A stretch of DNA of 32,706 nucleotides from Paracoccaceae bacterium (GTDB taxonomy: Bacteria; Pseudomonadota; Alphaproteobacteria; Rhodobacterales; Rhodobacteraceae). Location: NCBI GenBank assembly GCA_011523445.1, contig WTGT01000318.1, forward strand, positions 1 through 32,706, given 5' to 3'. This document shows positions 17,594-25,997 of this stretch, piece by piece; the stretch's first letter is position 1; the number at the start of each line of letters is the position of its first letter. The notes under the pieces were generated by a model. That model ran no database searches and was not told the DNA's origin. It saw nothing but the letters and a program-made list of their open reading frames with translations. A program made the position numbers and the translations under genes.

Positions 17594-18757
17594 ATGATAA
17601 ATCTGCCAACCTACCAAAATTCCCTTGAACCATACAAGCTTTCCGGCAAGCCAATTTTACCGCGTCCACCCAAGGTTAATTTTACCCGAACTGCCTTTGC
17701 AGCGGCACATATTGTTTCGAATCCGCTGGGAGAACGGAACCCATGGAATGGTCGACCTTCAATTGACTGGAACAATACCCTGCAATTCAGACATTATCTT
17801 TGGAATCAGGGGCTCGGGCTTGCAGAAGCCATGGATACCGCTCAAAGAGGTATGGGTGTAGACTGGAAAACGGCAAAAGAGCTCATTGAACGTACCATGC
17901 GGGAAGCCAAGGCACACCCTCATAATCCAAGAGTTGCCTGTGGAGCTGGAACGGATCAATATCCAGTGGATGAATTGACCGATCTGAATAAAATCACGGC
18001 TGCCTACATGGAGCAAATGGAAGCCATTGAAACTGCCGAAGGCCAGGTAATTATCATGGCCAGTCGTGCCATGGCAAAACATGCAAGGGGTTCAGATAAT
18101 TATATCAACGTTTATTCAAAACTTATTTCTCAAGCAATGGAACCTGTTATACTGCATTGGCTTGGCGACATGTTTGACCCGGCTCTCAAAGGTTACTGGG
18201 GACATGACAATGTTACCGAAGCATCTGAAACCGTCCTGAGTATCATTAACTCCCATTCTGAAAAAATAGACGGGATCAAAATTAGTCTTCTGGACCAAGG
18301 GATGGAAGAACGGTTTAGGACACAATTACCAGAAGGGGTAAAACTGTATACAGGTGATGATTTCAACTATCCACAATTAATTGCAGGTGATGGAGAAAAC
18401 TTCTCAGATGCCTTGCTCGGTATATTTGCCGCAATATCTCCTGCTGCGGCCCAGGCACTGGAAGCCTTGGCACAAGGAAACCTGACAAGATATCATGAAC
18501 TTTTTTCTCCAACTGTTCCCTTGAGTCGGGAAATATTCAAGGATCCAACCCGATATTACAAGGCAGGGATAGCTTTTCTGGCCTGGTTGAATGGAATCCA
18601 AAGTCATTTCGTAATGCCTTTTGGTTTGCAATCTTCCCGAGAAATTGCCCACTATGCTGAGATATTTCGTCTTGCTGACATGTCAGGGTTGCTAGCAAAT
18701 CCTGATTTGGCAACCCATCGAATGCAAACTTTACTCAATCTTCATGGAGTAGACTGA
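17594..18757 (+). CDS. Conserved protein of unknown function, DUF993-like
   Basis: 387 aa. AAAHIVSNPL...IDWNNTLQFRHYLWNQGLGLAEAMDTAQRGMGVDW resembles DUF993 proteins as I remember them. That family often sits beside Gfo/Idh/MocA oxidoreductases. The family name is a recollection, not a search result. Confidence 0.55.
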   Translation: MINLPTYQNSLEPYKLSGKPILPRPPKVNFTRTAFAAAHIVSNPLGERNPWNGRPSIDWNNTLQFRHYLWNQGLGLAEAMDTAQRGMGVDWKTAKELIERTMREAKAHPHNPRVACGAGTDQYPVDELTDLNKITAAYMEQMEAIETAEGQVIIMASRAMAKHARGSDNYINVYSKLISQAMEPVILHWLGDMFDPALKGYWGHDNVTEASETVLSIINSHSEKIDGIKISLLDQGMEERFRTQLPEGVKLYTGDDFNYPQLIAGDGENFSDALLGIFAAISPAAAQALEALAQGNLTRYHELFSPTVPLSREIFKDPTRYYKAGIAFLAWLNGIQSHFVMPFGLQSSREIAHYAEIFRLADMSGLLANPDLATHRMQTLLNLHGVD

Positions 18758-19773
18758 TGCCCCCAGCCAAACGACCTACCATCAATGATGTTGCAGAACG
18801 TGCCGGTGTATCAAAATCAACGGTTTCCCTGGTATTGCAGGGTTCAAAATTAATCAAATCGGAAAAACGCTTGGCCGTCCTCGGAGCCATCAGGGAATTA
18901 AACTATGTCAAAAACCGTGCAGCAGCGACCTTGAGAGGTTTGAGTACCGGTCTGATCGGATTGGTCATCAATGATCTTCGCAACCCATTCTTTACTGAAT
19001 TTTCCGTATCTGCCCAGATGGAATTTTCTCGCAGGAATTATGCAACGGTAATCGCCAATTGTAACGAAGATGCCAAAATCCAGGAACAAACTATCAAGTC
19101 AATGCTTGAGCATGATGTGGCTGCTATCCTGATTTCCCCATGTTATGGTGAGGTCAACTATGCCATTGAAGCGATTGTACGTTCCGGTTTACCGGTGTTA
19201 CAGGTGTTAAGACGAGTGAATACCCCCAATTTCAGTTTGCCTTTTTTCACACCTGATTACACCGAAGGTGGTCTACTTGCCGTAAGGCATTTGCTTGATC
19301 AGGGTATAACAAGGATTGCTTTTGTCGGGGGTGTTGAAGGTACGGAAATTTCCCAGGACCGAATGAAGGGTTATTTGGCCGAAATGGATTTGAGAAACCT
19401 TCCCACCAAGGTATTTCATGGCAAGGCGACCCGTCGTTTGGGAATTGACATGGCCGACCTGATTATCGATAACCATCCCGATATTGAAGCTGCGATTTGT
19501 TTCAATGACCTCGTGGCAATTGGTATGTTAACCAGGTTTGCTTCGCGAAATATCAAGGTTGGAAAGGATTTTTTTGTAGTTGGGTTTGATGATATTGAGG
19601 AAGCTCGATTTTCATTTCCACCACTGACAACAGTACGATTCAACATATCAGGGTTCGGCCGTCAAAGTGCGATCAAATTGTTGAATATGATGGATGAAGG
19701 AAGCGATGTTCAAGCTATCGAAGTAACTGGTGTCGAGTTGCAAATCCGAGGATCGAGTTGCAAGCCGTTATAA
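18757..19773 (+). CDS. LacI-family transcriptional repressor
   Basis: N-terminal HTH TINDVAERAGVSKSTVSLVLQG plus a periplasmic-binding-protein-like sugar-sensing domain. TGATG 1-nt overlap with the upstream gene. Confidence 0.92.
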   Translation: MPPAKRPTINDVAERAGVSKSTVSLVLQGSKLIKSEKRLAVLGAIRELNYVKNRAAATLRGLSTGLIGLVINDLRNPFFTEFSVSAQMEFSRRNYATVIANCNEDAKIQEQTIKSMLEHDVAAILISPCYGEVNYAIEAIVRSGLPVLQVLRRVNTPNFSLPFFTPDYTEGGLLAVRHLLDQGITRIAFVGGVEGTEISQDRMKGYLAEMDLRNLPTKVFHGKATRRLGIDMADLIIDNHPDIEAAICFNDLVAIGMLTRFASRNIKVGKDFFVVGFDDIEEARFSFPPLTTVRFNISGFGRQSAIKLLNMMDEGSDVQAIEVTGVELQIRGSSCKPL

Positions 19774-19953
19774 TGGCTGAAGAAAAAATGGTGCGGTCAG
19801 CCTAGGCCAATGGCACAAACCCATTCTCCAACATTCATTATTATTTCCAAAACCAAAATACGGGAATGGGAAGCAAGGTGGAGAATGACATCAAGGAGTT
19901 TTAACCCTCGATTATTGACATGATATATTAATTTCCTAAATCCTTATAAAAAT

Positions 19954-19967
19954 TTGGAACGTTCCAA
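19954..19967. promoter_or_regulatory. Perfect 14-bp palindrome TTGGAACGTTCCAA; probable LacI-family operator
   Basis: Read directly from the sequence. It lies 19 nt upstream of ATG 19986, directly after TATAAA (19945-19950), and shares the 12-bp core with 10638-10649. Confidence 0.7.
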
Positions 19968-19985
19968 CATTTGTGGGGTTTTTTG

Positions 19986-20987
19986 ATGAAATGGGGATTG
20001 ATCGGCGCAAGTAATATAGCCAAACAGTTCATGATCAATGCGATAAATAGCCAGCAAGGCAGCAAGGTTGCCGCTGTTCTTAGCGGAGATGCAACCCGGG
20101 GACGGGCTTTTGCTGACGATTATGGAATTGAATGGGCTACGACTGATATTGATGAACTTCTGGATGATCAAACCATCGAGGGCGTTTATATATCAACAAC
20201 CAATGAAAAACATTATCCTCAAGCCATGAAAGCCATTGCTGCAGGCAAGCATGTCATGTGTGAAAAACCGCTGGCCATGAATATTGAACATGCATGCCAG
20301 ATGGTATCTGCGGCCGCAAGAGCAAATGTTGTTTTTGCAACGAATCACCATTTGAGAAATGCCGGGTCCCATCTCAAGATCAAGGAACTTATAGATCAGG
20401 GCAGGGTTGGTGATGTTCAAGCCATTCGGATAGGACATGCTGTATATCTACCGTCCAACTTGCATGGTTGGCGAATAAACAACCCCCAAGTCGGTGGAGG
20501 TTCAATTCTTGATCAAGTAGTACACGATGCCGATACCATACGCTTTCATCTACAGGAAGACCCTCAAGAGATTGTGGCCATAGAACGCTCTGAAAGCCTG
20601 GGAAAAGATGTCGAAGACAGTGTCATGTCGGTTTGGCAAATGCCTTCGGGTATTCTTGTTCATACCCATGCGGGATACACCGTTAAACACGCAGGAACTT
20701 CTTATGAGGTACACGGAACAGAAGGATCAATATTCGCCCGTGGAGTCATGACTCAACAGCCGGTAGGAGAAATTCACTTGCATCGGGAAAACCAAACCGA
20801 GGTTCAAGAATTCAGCAATCATGATCTTTATATTAGGTCAATGCGTCTCTTCATGGATGCGGTCAACAATGGGGGATCCCCAGCAGCAACAGGGGTTGAT
20901 GGTATCAAATCCCTGGCTGTAGCCCTGGCAGTAAAGGAAGCTGCAACAACAGGTCATCGTGTAAAAGTAAATTACGGAGAAACTTGA
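19986..20987 (+). CDS. Gfo/Idh/MocA-family NAD(P)-dependent oxidoreductase
   Basis: MKWGLIGASNIAKQ Rossmann start and the AAGKHVMCEKPLA motif. The track ORF starts at TTG 19971; ATG 19986 is more likely. Confidence 0.88.
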   Translation: MKWGLIGASNIAKQFMINAINSQQGSKVAAVLSGDATRGRAFADDYGIEWATTDIDELLDDQTIEGVYISTTNEKHYPQAMKAIAAGKHVMCEKPLAMNIEHACQMVSAAARANVVFATNHHLRNAGSHLKIKELIDQGRVGDVQAIRIGHAVYLPSNLHGWRINNPQVGGGSILDQVVHDADTIRFHLQEDPQEIVAIERSESLGKDVEDSVMSVWQMPSGILVHTHAGYTVKHAGTSYEVHGTEGSIFARGVMTQQPVGEIHLHRENQTEVQEFSNHDLYIRSMRLFMDAVNNGGSPAATGVDGIKSLAVALAVKEAATTGHRVKVNYGET

Positions 20988-20988
20988 T

Positions 20989-22557
20989 ATGGCAAGGATT
21001 GTATCTGCCGAGGAGGCCGTATCCCAAATTCGTGATGGTGATGTTGTTGCCATCTCATCCTCATCCGCATTGTGTTGCCCTGATCTGGTATTGAAAACCC
21101 TCGGAGAGCGCTTTGAAGAAGAGGCTAGTCCAAAGGATCTTACGACACTTCTACCGATCGCTGCTGGTGATATGTATGGTATCAAGGGAATAGATCACAT
21201 TGCCAAGGATGGTCTTCTCAAGAAGGTACTTGCCGGCTCATACCCCAGCGGTCCTTCTTCAAAACAAATGCCTGCCATATGGGAAATGATCGTCGAGGAT
21301 CGTGTCGCAGCCTATAACATACCCTCCGGTATCATGTTTGACATGTTCCGTGATGTTGCTGCCCATCGTCCAGGTGTCTTTACACAGGTAGGAATGGAAA
21401 CCTACGTTGATCCCGTGAGGGAAGGTTGTGCGATGAATCCCTGTGCTACTGCCCAACCGATTGTAAAGCGTGTGGATCTGTTTGGGGAAACCTGGCTTCA
21501 TTTTCCAAACGTCATACCCAATGTGGCGATCATTAGGGCTACAACTGCGGATGAACGGGGAAACTTGTCATTTGAACATGAGGGTACTTTTCTTGGTACC
21601 CGTGATCTGGCCTTGGCAACCAGAAATCACAGGGGGCTGGTTATTGCGCAGGTCAAAAGAATTACAGCTGACGGATTGCTCCACCTTAATGATGTTCATA
21701 TTCCAGGTCATCTGGTGGATTTGATAGTGGTTGATCCCGACCAGAAACAAACCACCAACACAGTTTATGACCCTGCAATATCTGGACAGATCAAGCGACC
21801 CTGGAACAGCTTTTCTCCCGTGGAACATGGCCTTGAAAAAGTACTTGCCCGTCGAGCAGCCATGGAACTCAAATCAGGGGATACGGCTGTTTTGGGATTT
21901 GGGATTTCTGCGAATGTACCAAGGATTCTGATTGAGGAGGGGTATAATCGTGACGTCAGTTGGGCCATCGAACAAGGCGCCGTTGGAGGTGTGCCCCTGA
22001 CAGGTTTCGCATTTGGGTGTTCGGCCAATGCCGATACAATTTTACCCTCACCAACCCAGTTTACCTATTTCCAGGGAGGAGGCTTCGATACCTGTTTCCT
22101 TTCCTTCATGGAAGTCGACATCAACGGCAATGTCAATGTTTCCAAATTGGGGAAAAAGCCATATTTAACCGCTGGATGTGGAGGCTTTGTCGACATAACT
22201 GCCAATGCCCGCAATATTGTCTTCCTAGGTTATTTTGAAGCCGGTGCGGATTTGGTGCTTTCTTCGGAGGGAATCAGTGTCAATAAAAAAGGCAAGTTCA
22301 CCAAGTTTGTGGAAGAGGTTGAGCACGTTACCTTTGCTGGTCGCAGAGCCCAAGCTCGTGGACAAAAATTCATTTATGTCACGGAACGTTGTGTAATTCG
22401 TCTTGAGGATGGATTGGTAGCTACCGAGATCATGCCCGGAATTGATCCTTACAAGGATATAGTGGAGGCTACCAATGGCCGGGTAAGAATTTCTGAAAAT
22501 GCAATCCAAATGCCAAAATCCCTCCTCATTGAAGGCCCCATGGGCTTGGAATTGTGA
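20989..22557 (+). CDS. Family I acyl-CoA:acetate/3-ketoacid CoA-transferase (YdiF / propionate CoA-transferase type)
   Basis: 522 aa, collinear with my memory of E. coli YdiF. Matching regions are IIRATTADERGNLSFEHE, IPGHLVDLIVVDPDQ, the catalytic-Glu region AIEQGAVGG, and GGGFDTCFLSFMEVDINGNVNVSK. Confidence 0.85.
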   Translation: MARIVSAEEAVSQIRDGDVVAISSSSALCCPDLVLKTLGERFEEEASPKDLTTLLPIAAGDMYGIKGIDHIAKDGLLKKVLAGSYPSGPSSKQMPAIWEMIVEDRVAAYNIPSGIMFDMFRDVAAHRPGVFTQVGMETYVDPVREGCAMNPCATAQPIVKRVDLFGETWLHFPNVIPNVAIIRATTADERGNLSFEHEGTFLGTRDLALATRNHRGLVIAQVKRITADGLLHLNDVHIPGHLVDLIVVDPDQKQTTNTVYDPAISGQIKRPWNSFSPVEHGLEKVLARRAAMELKSGDTAVLGFGISANVPRILIEEGYNRDVSWAIEQGAVGGVPLTGFAFGCSANADTILPSPTQFTYFQGGGFDTCFLSFMEVDINGNVNVSKLGKKPYLTAGCGGFVDITANARNIVFLGYFEAGADLVLSSEGISVNKKGKFTKFVEEVEHVTFAGRRAQARGQKFIYVTERCVIRLEDGLVATEIMPGIDPYKDIVEATNGRVRISENAIQMPKSLLIEGPMGLEL

Positions 22558-22681
22558 GCAGGATAGAATTTTAAATACACGGAAGTCTCACTGAACTACG
22601 TCTTATCAACCGATAAATACCGAACGCACTTCCCATTTCTGGACAAGCATTGAGCAAGGCCGACCATATTAAAGACAGAAC

Positions 22682-23386
22682 TTAAACTGAACGGGTCAAA
22701 CCACCATCAATACGTATGTTTTGACCTGTAACATAGGCTGCCTCTTCCGAAGCAAGATAATTTATCAGTGAGGAAACTTCACTTGTCTTGCCATACCTTC
22801 CCATGGGAATACGTGCCCGTCTGTCCTCGGTTTCAGGAAGACTGTCAATAAATCCTGGCAGTATATTGTTCATGCGAACGTTTTCCTTGGCAAATTTGTC
22901 GGAAAACAGTTTGGTGAAACTGGCCAAACCAGCCCGAAATACGCCAGATGTCGGGAATAAAGGATCAGGCTCGAATACAGCAAAAGTAGATATGTTGATA
23001 AATGTTCCTCCGCCTTGTCTGACCATGATCGGGGCTACTATTCGTGCCACACGAATGACATTCATAAGATAGAATTCCATCCCCTCATGCCAGTTTTCAT
23101 CACTGATTTCAAGTATATCCCCCTTGGGTCCATGGCCGGCTGAACTTACAACCACATCTATTCGTCCCCATTTGGAAACCGCTTTATCAACAAGGTTCTG
23201 GATATCACTACTGCTCTTGTTTGTTCCTGTTACTCCAACACCTCCCAGTTTGTCGGCGAGGGCTTCTCCCTTACCGGAAGAAGATAAAATTCCTATGTTG
23301 AATCCAGATTGGGCGAGAATCTCCGCAGCATCTGCTCCCATGCCACTTCCTCCACCTATGATCAAGGCTACTTGCGATGCATTCAT
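22682..23386 (-). CDS. SDR-fold (Rossmann) protein with non-canonical active-site positions
   Basis: ALIIGGGSGMGADAA cofactor motif and a PGFIDS tail. The YxxxK positions read S...R (PTSGVFRAGLASFTK aligned on FabG ANYAAAKAGLIGFSK). Confidence 0.75.
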   Translation of the reverse strand: MNASQVALIIGGGSGMGADAAEILAQSGFNIGILSSSGKGEALADKLGGVGVTGTNKSSSDIQNLVDKAVSKWGRIDVVVSSAGHGPKGDILEISDENWHEGMEFYLMNVIRVARIVAPIMVRQGGGTFINISTFAVFEPDPLFPTSGVFRAGLASFTKLFSDKFAKENVRMNNILPGFIDSLPETEDRRARIPMGRYGKTSEVSSLINYLASEEAAYVTGQNIRIDGGLTRSV

Positions 23387-23507
23387 TGTTTGTTACTCCT
23401 GAATTTTAACTGTCTTGCTTGCTGGTTCTATACCAGAAAAAATTGATTATTTATTTTGATACTTATTGGCGATTTAGTCACAAAAACAAACTCAATCAAG
23501 TTGGTAG

Positions 23508-24479
23508 TTGGTGGAAAAGGTTGTAGAAAAGGATTTAATCAAGAGGACCAAGGGTCAGTACTACACCCTGGGTAATCCCTTTTCTCTTGTTCCATTTATT
23601 GATTGGGCCAACAGCATCGGACTTTCCAGTAGAAAAATCTTGGAACCCTTTGCAGGAGCAAATCATATCATAAGATCGTTGCAATCGATTGGAATGTGTA
23701 ATTATTCCGACTCGTTCGATATCGCACCTGCAGATGTTGATGTGATACACCGGAATACCATTGTTTCCTTTCCAAAGGGTTATGACGTTTGTATTACCAA
23801 TCCACCATGGCTGGCCAAAAACTCGGCAACAAGACTAAAACTCTCCTTTCCCGATAGCCCATATGATGATCTCTACAAGCACTGTCTCTGCCTTTGTCTT
23901 CAACATTGCGATTATGTAGCAGCATTGATTCCTGCCTCTTTTTTGCATAGCAACCTGTTCAGAAGACGATTGTCCAGATACATATTGCTGCATAGCGAGA
24001 GTATTTTCAACGATACAGATAATCCTGTTTGCCTTGCTCTATTTGACAAGAATGATGTTCAGGATACCTGCATCTATTATGATAACAGATTTATTGGAAA
24101 CTTGAGCTTGTTGGAAACACATCTGCCGATTCCATGGAAAGAACGTAAAATTACCTTCAATGATCCCCTTGGCAAGCTGGGATTGGTTACCTTTGATAAC
24201 ACCAGGGAGCCATCCATCAGGTTTTGCAGTGTGGGAGAGATTCATCAGTACCCGGTCAAGGTTTCTTCCAGGTATTTTGTGAGAATTGAGTGTGGTATTG
24301 AGAATATCCCCGCTGTGGTTTCAACCTTGAACGGGAAAATCAATACTTTCAGAAATGAAACCTGTGACTTGTTCCTTACTCCTTTCAAAGGTATACGCAA
24401 AGATGGTTTTTACCGAAGGCGAATGAGTTTTGAATTGGCAAGAAGGTTTATTGGATCCGTTGTTGATAATGGGGCATGA
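23508..24479 (+). CDS. Gamma-class (TaqI-like) N6-adenine methyltransferase with no adjacent nuclease gene
   Basis: Motif X GQYYT, motif I ILEPFAGANH (compare TaqI EPACAHG) and motif IV ITNPPW occur in gamma order, followed by a C-terminal target-recognition-like region. The only possible starts are TTG 23508 or GTG 23511, because there is an in-frame TAG at 23505. An RNA target cannot be excluded. Confidence 0.7.
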   Translation: MVEKVVEKDLIKRTKGQYYTLGNPFSLVPFIDWANSIGLSSRKILEPFAGANHIIRSLQSIGMCNYSDSFDIAPADVDVIHRNTIVSFPKGYDVCITNPPWLAKNSATRLKLSFPDSPYDDLYKHCLCLCLQHCDYVAALIPASFLHSNLFRRRLSRYILLHSESIFNDTDNPVCLALFDKNDVQDTCIYYDNRFIGNLSLLETHLPIPWKERKITFNDPLGKLGLVTFDNTREPSIRFCSVGEIHQYPVKVSSRYFVRIECGIENIPAVVSTLNGKINTFRNETCDLFLTPFKGIRKDGFYRRRMSFELARRFIGSVVDNGA

Positions 24480-25231
24480 TTGTTATGGTGAGCAATACAG
24501 GAAATCCCACCGCTGCATTTTTGGTAATTGGAGATGAAGTATTATCCGGCAGGACCCAGGACATGAATGTTGCCTTTATTGCCAAATCCCTAGATGAAAA
24601 AGGTGTGGATCTGGCGGAAGTCAGGATTGTTCCGGACGTTATTCCCACAATTGCTTCTGCCCTGAATGAATTAAGGCACAAATTCGACCTTGTATTTACG
24701 AGTGGGGGAATTGGCCCAACACATGATGATATGACCGCTGATGCAGTAGCAGAGGCTTTTTCAACCAAACTTGTCGTCAACAGTGAGGCCAAGGCCTTGA
24801 TTGAGGCCCGGGCTAAGGCACAGAGTCTTGAATTGAACGAAGCCCGTTTGCGTATGGCACGAATTCCCGTAGGAGCAAAACTTATCAATAACAGTGTTTC
24901 AGGTGCTCCCGGATTCAATATCGGGAATGTTTATGTCATGGCGGGTGTTCCAAAAATATTTCGGGCCATGGTAAGTGAGGTTATCCCCGGACTGCCCTCT
25001 GGAAAGCCACAATTGTCAAGAACGATCACCATAAATCGCCCAGAGGGGGAAATTGCTCATGAATTGGGCAGGATAGCCAATGAATGGCCCTCTGTCAGCA
25101 TAGGTTCCTACCCTTTTTTCAAGAACAATACCTCTGGGACCACCTATGGCTCAAATGTTGTTGTTCGAGGTCAGGACGAAGAGAGTGTTATCAAGGCGGA
25201 AAAGCAGATCAAGGAATTTTTCCTGAACTAG
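24476..25231 (+). CDS. CinA-N-terminal / COG1058 MoCF-biosynthesis-domain protein (molybdopterin-binding fold, possible nucleotide pyrophosphatase)
   Basis: AAFLVIGDEVLSGRTQDMN and FTSGGIGPTHDDMTADAVAEAF motifs. ATGA 4-nt overlap with the methyltransferase stop. Confidence 0.8.
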   Translation: MIVMVSNTGNPTAAFLVIGDEVLSGRTQDMNVAFIAKSLDEKGVDLAEVRIVPDVIPTIASALNELRHKFDLVFTSGGIGPTHDDMTADAVAEAFSTKLVVNSEAKALIEARAKAQSLELNEARLRMARIPVGAKLINNSVSGAPGFNIGNVYVMAGVPKIFRAMVSEVIPGLPSGKPQLSRTITINRPEGEIAHELGRIANEWPSVSIGSYPFFKNNTSGTTYGSNVVVRGQDEESVIKAEKQIKEFFLN

Positions 25232-25885
25232 TCAGCTCTGATTTAGGCCGTTTTTTCTGATGTTCTCTACAATCAGCACTGAACCTGTTTGATCCGTCCA
25301 ACTGGCCTTTTTTGCAAGGTCGAAATCCCATTCTCCAAAGGCTTCTGATAACTCATTGCCTACGTTTTTTCCTTTCAGGAATAGTGCCCTTCCATCCTTG
25401 ACCAGATGTTTTTCTGACCACTGGATCAGAGTAGCGAGATTGGTGACTGCCCTGGCTGATACAATGTTGGCATTTTGTGGCGTCAGATCTTCCACCCTTG
25501 ATCTTTGCACAATTGCATTGAGACCGAGCTTAAGCGTAACATGTCTCAGAAATTCGGCCTTGTAGTTATTTGACTCTACAAGGACGAATTCATTTTCGGG
25601 AGCATATTCCGATGCAATACAAGCCAAAACCAGACCTGGAAAACCACCACCTGAACCAATATCCATCCACTTGTACCTTATCTCATCGGGATACAGGGAA
25701 TATAATTGGGCCGAATCCAGAAAGTGCCTTAACCAAAGGGATTCCAGTGTCGTGATGGAAACAAGTTGCTTTCTTTTGTTCCACTTCACAAGGAGATCAT
25801 GGTATTGGTTCAGTTTGTCAAAGGTCACCGGTGAAAGATGCTGCTTCAGAAAGGATCTGGAATCCTCCCTGATCGATAATCCCAT
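25232..25885 (-). CDS. rsmG: 16S rRNA (guanine527-N7)-methyltransferase RsmG (GidB)
   Basis: WMDIGSGGGFPGLVLA SAM motif, and position directly downstream of mnmG. Likely start is ATG 25885 (217 aa) after AAGGAG. The track ORF extends to TTG 25969. Confidence 0.88.
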   Translation of the reverse strand: MGLSIREDSRSFLKQHLSPVTFDKLNQYHDLLVKWNKRKQLVSITTLESLWLRHFLDSAQLYSLYPDEIRYKWMDIGSGGGFPGLVLACIASEYAPENEFVLVESNNYKAEFLRHVTLKLGLNAIVQRSRVEDLTPQNANIVSARAVTNLATLIQWSEKHLVKDGRALFLKGKNVGNELSEAFGEWDFDLAKKASWTDQTGSVLIVENIRKNGLNQS

Positions 25886-25997
25886 GGACTCAGTACTCCT
25901 TTTGGATTTTCCCTCATAGTACCTGAAGGGATTGGCAAATCTGTTATTGGGTGTTGTCCTTGCTGGCAAATGTAAAACCTAAATTTACCGGTCCTTG

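Noticed and set aside
19775-19802. ggctga...tcagcc hairpin after the LacI gene stop, considered as a terminator
   Set aside because: It has only 6 bp with a 16-nt loop and no U-tract, so it is too weak to call.
24448-24918. 156-aa ORF antisense to the CinA-like gene. Similar long antisense ORFs occur at 27534..28010, 29460..29921, 7756..8175, 10959..11297 and 1320..1667.
   Set aside because: Each lies fully inside a gene with strong family motifs on the opposite strand. Their translations are Ser/Arg/Pro-rich, as is typical of shadow frames.
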